From: Longimicrobiales bacterium
GTDB lineage: Bacteria; Gemmatimonadota; Gemmatimonadetes; Longimicrobiales; Gaopeijiaceae
Length of the DNA: 64,000 nt
Assembly (NCBI GenBank): GCA_965116905.1
Contig: OZ220732.1
Span: forward strand, 1,248,001 to 1,312,000
Direction: 5' to 3'
Numbering within the stretch: the stretch's first letter is position 1; each line of letters starts with the position of its first letter. The position numbers and the translations under genes are program-made. This document shows, piece by piece, positions 59,096 through 64,000 of this stretch. The notes under the pieces were generated by a model that was given only the letters and a program-made list of their open reading frames with translations, ran no database searches and was not told the DNA's origin.

Positions 59096-60280
59096 ATGTC
59101 ACCCACCAGACGACAGTTCCTCGGCGGGGCGGCGGCCGCCACGGGCGCGCTCGCGTTCTGGCGGTGTACCGTTCCGGAGGCACGGGCGCTTCGCATTCTC
59201 ATCCTCGGTGGCACGGGGTTTCTGGGGCCGCACATGGTCCGGTACGCCCAAATGCGCGGCCACACCGTGACGCTCTTCAACCGCGGACGCACCAACACGC
59301 ACCTGTTTCCCGAGGTGGAGAAGCTCGTCGGGGACCGGGACGGTGAGCTGGGCGCGCTGGAGGGCGGGACGTGGGACGTGGTGCTCGACAACTCGGGGTA
59401 CGTCCCCCGTCACGTCCGAGACTCGGCGCAGTTGCTGAAGGATGCGACCGACCACTACCTGTTCACCTCCACGGCCGGCGTCTACGCAAGCTGGTACGGT
59501 GCGGACGGGGGAATGAAGTCGGCACCGGGCGAGCCCGAATGGCCGGAAGGGGGGACAACGGAGGACGATCCGACCGTCGTGCTCCCGGAGCCCGAATCGG
59601 AGGACGTGGGCCAGTGGTACGGCCACCTCAAGGTCCTCTGCGAGGATGCCGTGCGCGAGGCGTATGGCGACGACCGCTGTGTGATCACGCGGCCGGGCCT
59701 GATCGTGGGGCCGGAGGACACCACCGACCGCTTCACCTACTACCCCGTGCGCCTCGACCGCGGCGGCGAAGTCATTGCCTTCGGGGCCCCGGACGACCCG
59801 GTCCAGTACATCGACGCGCGCGACCTCGCGGCCTGGTCCATCCGGCTGTGCGAGGAGCGGGTCAGCGGCACCTACAACGCGGTCGCCCCTCTCGGCGGCA
59901 TGCGCATGGGCGACTTCCTGGAGGGGATGCGCTCGGCGATCGGGGCGTCGGTGAACTTCACCTGGGTGCCGGGCGCGTTCCTGGCCGAACAGGGGGTGCC
60001 CGAGTTCTCGTTGCCGCCGTGGACGAACCAGGACGGCCCCTTCGCGGGCGCGACCAGCTTCCGGGCCGACCGGGCGTTCGAGGCCGGGCTTACCTCGCGG
60101 CCGCTGGCCGAGACGACCGTCGACACCCTCGAATGGTGGAAGTCGCTGGCGGCGGAACGCAGGGAGGAAATGAGAGCGGGCCTGAGGGGTGGAGACCTGG
60201 AATTCGGTCCGGCGTCGATGGACGCGCAAATGGAGCGGGAAGCCGAGATCCTCGCGGCCTGGCGGGCGTCGCAGGGGTGA
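59096..60280 (+). CDS. Tat-exported NAD-dependent epimerase/dehydratase
   Basis: TRRQFL Tat motif, LGGTGFLG, YGHLK, RPGLIVGP. Confidence 0.9.
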   Translation: MSPTRRQFLGGAAAATGALAFWRCTVPEARALRILILGGTGFLGPHMVRYAQMRGHTVTLFNRGRTNTHLFPEVEKLVGDRDGELGALEGGTWDVVLDNSGYVPRHVRDSAQLLKDATDHYLFTSTAGVYASWYGADGGMKSAPGEPEWPEGGTTEDDPTVVLPEPESEDVGQWYGHLKVLCEDAVREAYGDDRCVITRPGLIVGPEDTTDRFTYYPVRLDRGGEVIAFGAPDDPVQYIDARDLAAWSIRLCEERVSGTYNAVAPLGGMRMGDFLEGMRSAIGASVNFTWVPGAFLAEQGVPEFSLPPWTNQDGPFAGATSFRADRAFEAGLTSRPLAETTVDTLEWWKSLAAERREEMRAGLRGGDLEFGPASMDAQMEREAEILAAWRASQG

Positions 60281-60509
60281 CTACCTGCTGATCAGCTCGT
60301 ACTGATCAACTCGTAGACCACCACGCCGTCGTACATCCTCGATATTCCTCCGCCGGTGTCAGCCCGGGATCGGCCGGAGCTGCACGCTCGCGCGGTCTTC
60401 GGCAACCGTTCCGAACAACGCGTCATCCATTAAGATTGTCTGCGGAAAGACGCAAGGGACGCATCGGTCCCCACCGAACACGAACCATCAACCTCGAGAC
60501 AAGGGCGGC

Positions 60510-61499
<990 letters not shown>

Positions 61500-61511
61500 C
61501 AGCGACACAGA

Positions 61512-61550
61512 TGTATACTAAAGATGACAATATGTAAAGTAGAGTTTACA
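61512..61550. promoter_or_regulatory. Tandem AT-rich palindromic operator-like sites
   Basis: TGTATACTAAAGATGACA and TGTAAAGTAGAGTTTACA, starting 21 bp apart. Confidence 0.5.
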
Positions 61551-61585
61551 TTTTCCATGCCTGCGCACCGTGAGCGGTCGCGGCC

Positions 61586-62464
61586 ATGATCCCCCGCGAG
61601 ATCCTGAAGCAGGTGCGGCTGCTCGAGATTACTACGCGCGGACTCGTGAACGACGTGTTCTCGGGCGAGTACCACTCCGTCTTCAAGGGGCGGGGGATGA
61701 GCTTCGCCGAGGTGCGGGAGTACCGCTACGGCGACGACATTCGCGGGATCGACTGGAACGTGACGGCGCGGACGGGTTCGCCGCACGTGAAGGTTTTCGA
61801 GGAGGAGCGCGAGCTGACGCTGATGCTGGTCGTCGACGTGAGCGCTTCGGCCCACTTCGGGACCCGGGCGCGTATGAAGTCTGAGCTGGCGGCCGAGCTG
61901 TGCGGGGTGCTGGCGTTCAGCGCGATCAAGAACAACGACAAGGTCGGGCTGATCCTGTTTTCCGACCGGATCGAGCGGTTCGTGCCGCCTCGGAAGGGGC
62001 GCCGGCACGCGCTGCGGGTGCTGCGCGAGCTGCTGTACCACCCGGCGGAGGGCACGGGAACCGACATCGCGGGCGCGCTGGAATACCTGGCGCGGGTGAC
62101 GCGCAGGCGAGCGGTGGCGTTTCTCGTGTCGGACTTTCTGGCGGAGGGCTACGAGAGGGCGCTGTCGGTGGCGGCGCGGCGGCACGACCTGGTCGCCGTG
62201 CGGGTCGGCGACGCGCGGGAAGCGGCGATGCCGCCGATGGGGTTCGTCGAGTTCGAGGACCCCGAGACGGGTCGGCGGGTGGTGGTCAACACGTCGGGGC
62301 GGGTGTTCCAGGAGCGCTTCGGGGAGGGGCGGGCGGCGGCGCGGGCGCGTGCCGACGAGGTCTTCCGGCGCAGCAAGGTGGACTCGATCGACGTGACGAC
62401 CGGGGTGCCGTACGAGCGGGCGCTCCGGCGCTTCTTCGAGGAGCGGGGTCGGAGGGTGCGGTGA
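61586..62464 (+). CDS. DUF58 domain protein
   Basis: GEYHSVFKGRGMSFAEVREY..GDDIR.IDWNVTAR, DVSAS, SDF. Confidence 0.95.
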   Translation: MIPREILKQVRLLEITTRGLVNDVFSGEYHSVFKGRGMSFAEVREYRYGDDIRGIDWNVTARTGSPHVKVFEEERELTLMLVVDVSASAHFGTRARMKSELAAELCGVLAFSAIKNNDKVGLILFSDRIERFVPPRKGRRHALRVLRELLYHPAEGTGTDIAGALEYLARVTRRRAVAFLVSDFLAEGYERALSVAARRHDLVAVRVGDAREAAMPPMGFVEFEDPETGRRVVVNTSGRVFQERFGEGRAAARARADEVFRRSKVDSIDVTTGVPYERALRRFFEERGRRVR

Positions 62465-63549
62465 GGGGGGCCGGGTTTCTTGGGGCGGCGGGCTTGTGGC
62501 GTGCGGTCGTCGGGGCTTTCGTGGGGCTGGCGGTGCAGGCGGGGCCGTTCGCGCAGACTGGCGCCGCCCAGACCCCGCAAATCGCCATGGAGGTGGACAC
62601 GACGGCGATCCACGTGGGCGACCGGCTGGCGGTCCGCCTGACCGTCGTTCATCCGGACGACTGGGTCGTGGCCTGGCCCGATTCGTTGGCCATCTCGCCC
62701 TTCGAGGTCTTGGAATACGTGGTTGCCGTGCCGGAGGCCGTGCCGGTTGCCGTGCCGGGGGGAGGCGGGATGCGAGCGGCCGCAACGCTTGCGGTCACCA
62801 GCTTCGAGCTGGGCGAACTGGAGATTCCGCCGATCGAGGTCGCGGTGACCGAACCGGACGGCACGGTGCAGGTGCTGTCCACCGACCCCTTCCGCATCGG
62901 GGTGGAGAGCGTGGGCCTGGACGAGTCCGGCGACATCCGGGAGATCAAGGGGCCGCTGTCGATCGCGCGGAACTGGTGGACGCTGGCCCCCTGGCTGCTC
63001 CTGGTTGCGGCCGTGGGGGCGGGGGCCGTGTACCTGCGTCGGCGCGCACATGCGCGTCCGGTCGTCGAGGCCGAGAAGCCGAAGGTGCCGCCGCGCCCGT
63101 TTCACCTGGTGGCGCTGGAAGCGCTCGACGAGCTGGAGGCGTCGTCGTGGCTGGACCGCGGTCAGGTGAAGCGCTGGCACGTGCGGGTGTCGGAGATCAT
63201 CCGGACCTACGTGGAAGGGCAGCTCGAGGTCCCCGCGCTTGAAATGACCACGGGCGAGGTCGTGTCGGGGCTTCGCGGCGCGGCGCTCGGCGGGCGCGTC
63301 ACGGAGGCGTTCCATGCGTTCCTGGCCCGCTGCGACCTGGTGAAGTTCGCGAAGCTGCGCCCCGGCGCCGATGAGTCGCGGGAACTCCTGGGCGTGGCAC
63401 GCAACCTCGTGCAGATGACGAGCGGGGCGGGCGGGTTGGGCGCTGTGGGCGGCGGTGGCCCGGCAAACGACAACGCTGCGCCGGCGGACGACAACGCCGC
63501 CCCGCTCACGATCGCCACCGTTGAGGGAGCCCCTGGAGGCGCCGGATGA
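62461..63549 (+). CDS. Bat-operon membrane protein (BatD-like Ig domain plus TM helix)
   Basis: VDTTAIHVGD, DIREIK.P, TM helix, LEMTTGE, CDLVKFAK. Confidence 0.75.
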   Translation: MRGAGFLGAAGLWRAVVGAFVGLAVQAGPFAQTGAAQTPQIAMEVDTTAIHVGDRLAVRLTVVHPDDWVVAWPDSLAISPFEVLEYVVAVPEAVPVAVPGGGGMRAAATLAVTSFELGELEIPPIEVAVTEPDGTVQVLSTDPFRIGVESVGLDESGDIREIKGPLSIARNWWTLAPWLLLVAAVGAGAVYLRRRAHARPVVEAEKPKVPPRPFHLVALEALDELEASSWLDRGQVKRWHVRVSEIIRTYVEGQLEVPALEMTTGEVVSGLRGAALGGRVTEAFHAFLARCDLVKFAKLRPGADESRELLGVARNLVQMTSGAGGLGAVGGGGPANDNAAPADDNAAPLTIATVEGAPGGAG

Positions 63550-64000
63550 TCTTCCGTTTCGAGGATCCGTGGATGCTGCTCCTGCTGGGTGTCGTTCCGC
63601 TGCTGGGCTGGTGGTACGCGTCGCGCGGAAGGACTCGACGGGGATCGCTGACCTATTCCGACGTGGACGGACTCCTGCGTGCGCACGGTGGGGACGGGCG
63701 GTGGCTGCAGCACCTGCCGGCGGCGCTGCGCGGACTGGCGCTGGTTTGTCTCATCGTGGCATTCGCGCGCCCGCAAACCGGGGTCACCGGTGAGAATGTC
63801 GTGTCGGAGGGGATCGACATCGTGCTGGCGCTGGATGTCTCCAGTTCCATGCTCGCCGAGGACCTGGCGCCGAATCGGCTGGAGGCGGCCAAGGCGGTGG
63901 CGGCGGACTTCGCGGCCGGGCGCGTCAACGACCGCATCGGGCTCGTGATCTTCGCCGGTAAGGCGTTCACCCAGGCGCCCCTCACGCTGGATCATTCCGT
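63546..64000 (+). CDS. batA: BatA-like VWA domain protein; truncated by window end
   Basis: MIFRFEDPW, ARPQ, EGIDIVLALDVSSSM.AED..PNRLEAAK, DRIGLVIFAG. Confidence 0.9.
   Translation, partial: MIFRFEDPWMLLLLGVVPLLGWWYASRGRTRRGSLTYSDVDGLLRAHGGDGRWLQHLPAALRGLALVCLIVAFARPQTGVTGENVVSEGIDIVLALDVSSSMLAEDLAPNRLEAAKAVAADFAAGRVNDRIGLVIFAGKAFTQAPLTLDHS

Noticed and set aside
60281..60430. Possible small minus-strand gene or remnant
   Set aside because: Under 50 codons with no recognisable motif; only a 14-bp duplication is evident.

Overview
A 64-kb window of a high-GC bacterial chromosome. The gene content (ECF sigma/anti-sigma/HEAT operon, many 6-bladed beta-propeller lipoproteins, choice-of-anchor-B protein, bat operon) suggests Gemmatimonadota; this is an inference. 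It is mostly gene-dense housekeeping and metabolic DNA: msrA, brxA/B, an hcrCAB-like Mo-hydroxylase, thiolase/acyl-CoA genes, sufCBD-ferredoxin-sufS, an orphan DNA methylase, ligA-polX, an RND permease, a squalene synthase-like gene, a 17-gene tRNA array, four beta-propeller genes and moxR-DUF58-batA. Five signals stand out. (1) Two copies of a ~130-bp element follow tRNA-Ser genes; each has a shared core flanked by an antisense copy and a direct copy of the 3' end of its own host tRNA. (2) Two selenoprotein genes that the ORF track splits at an in-frame TGA (OsmC-like; peroxiredoxin-like WUPYC), each with a SECIS-like hairpin. (3) Three gene junctions where tandem duplication of a stop/start overlap creates chained mini-ORFs. 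(4) An in-frame fusion of the HcrA-like Mo subunit to a lipoprotein DUF1460 amidase. (5) A PolX with a degenerate polymerase site. No CRISPR array, integrase or transposase was seen. All calls come from reading motifs by eye; no database searches were run.
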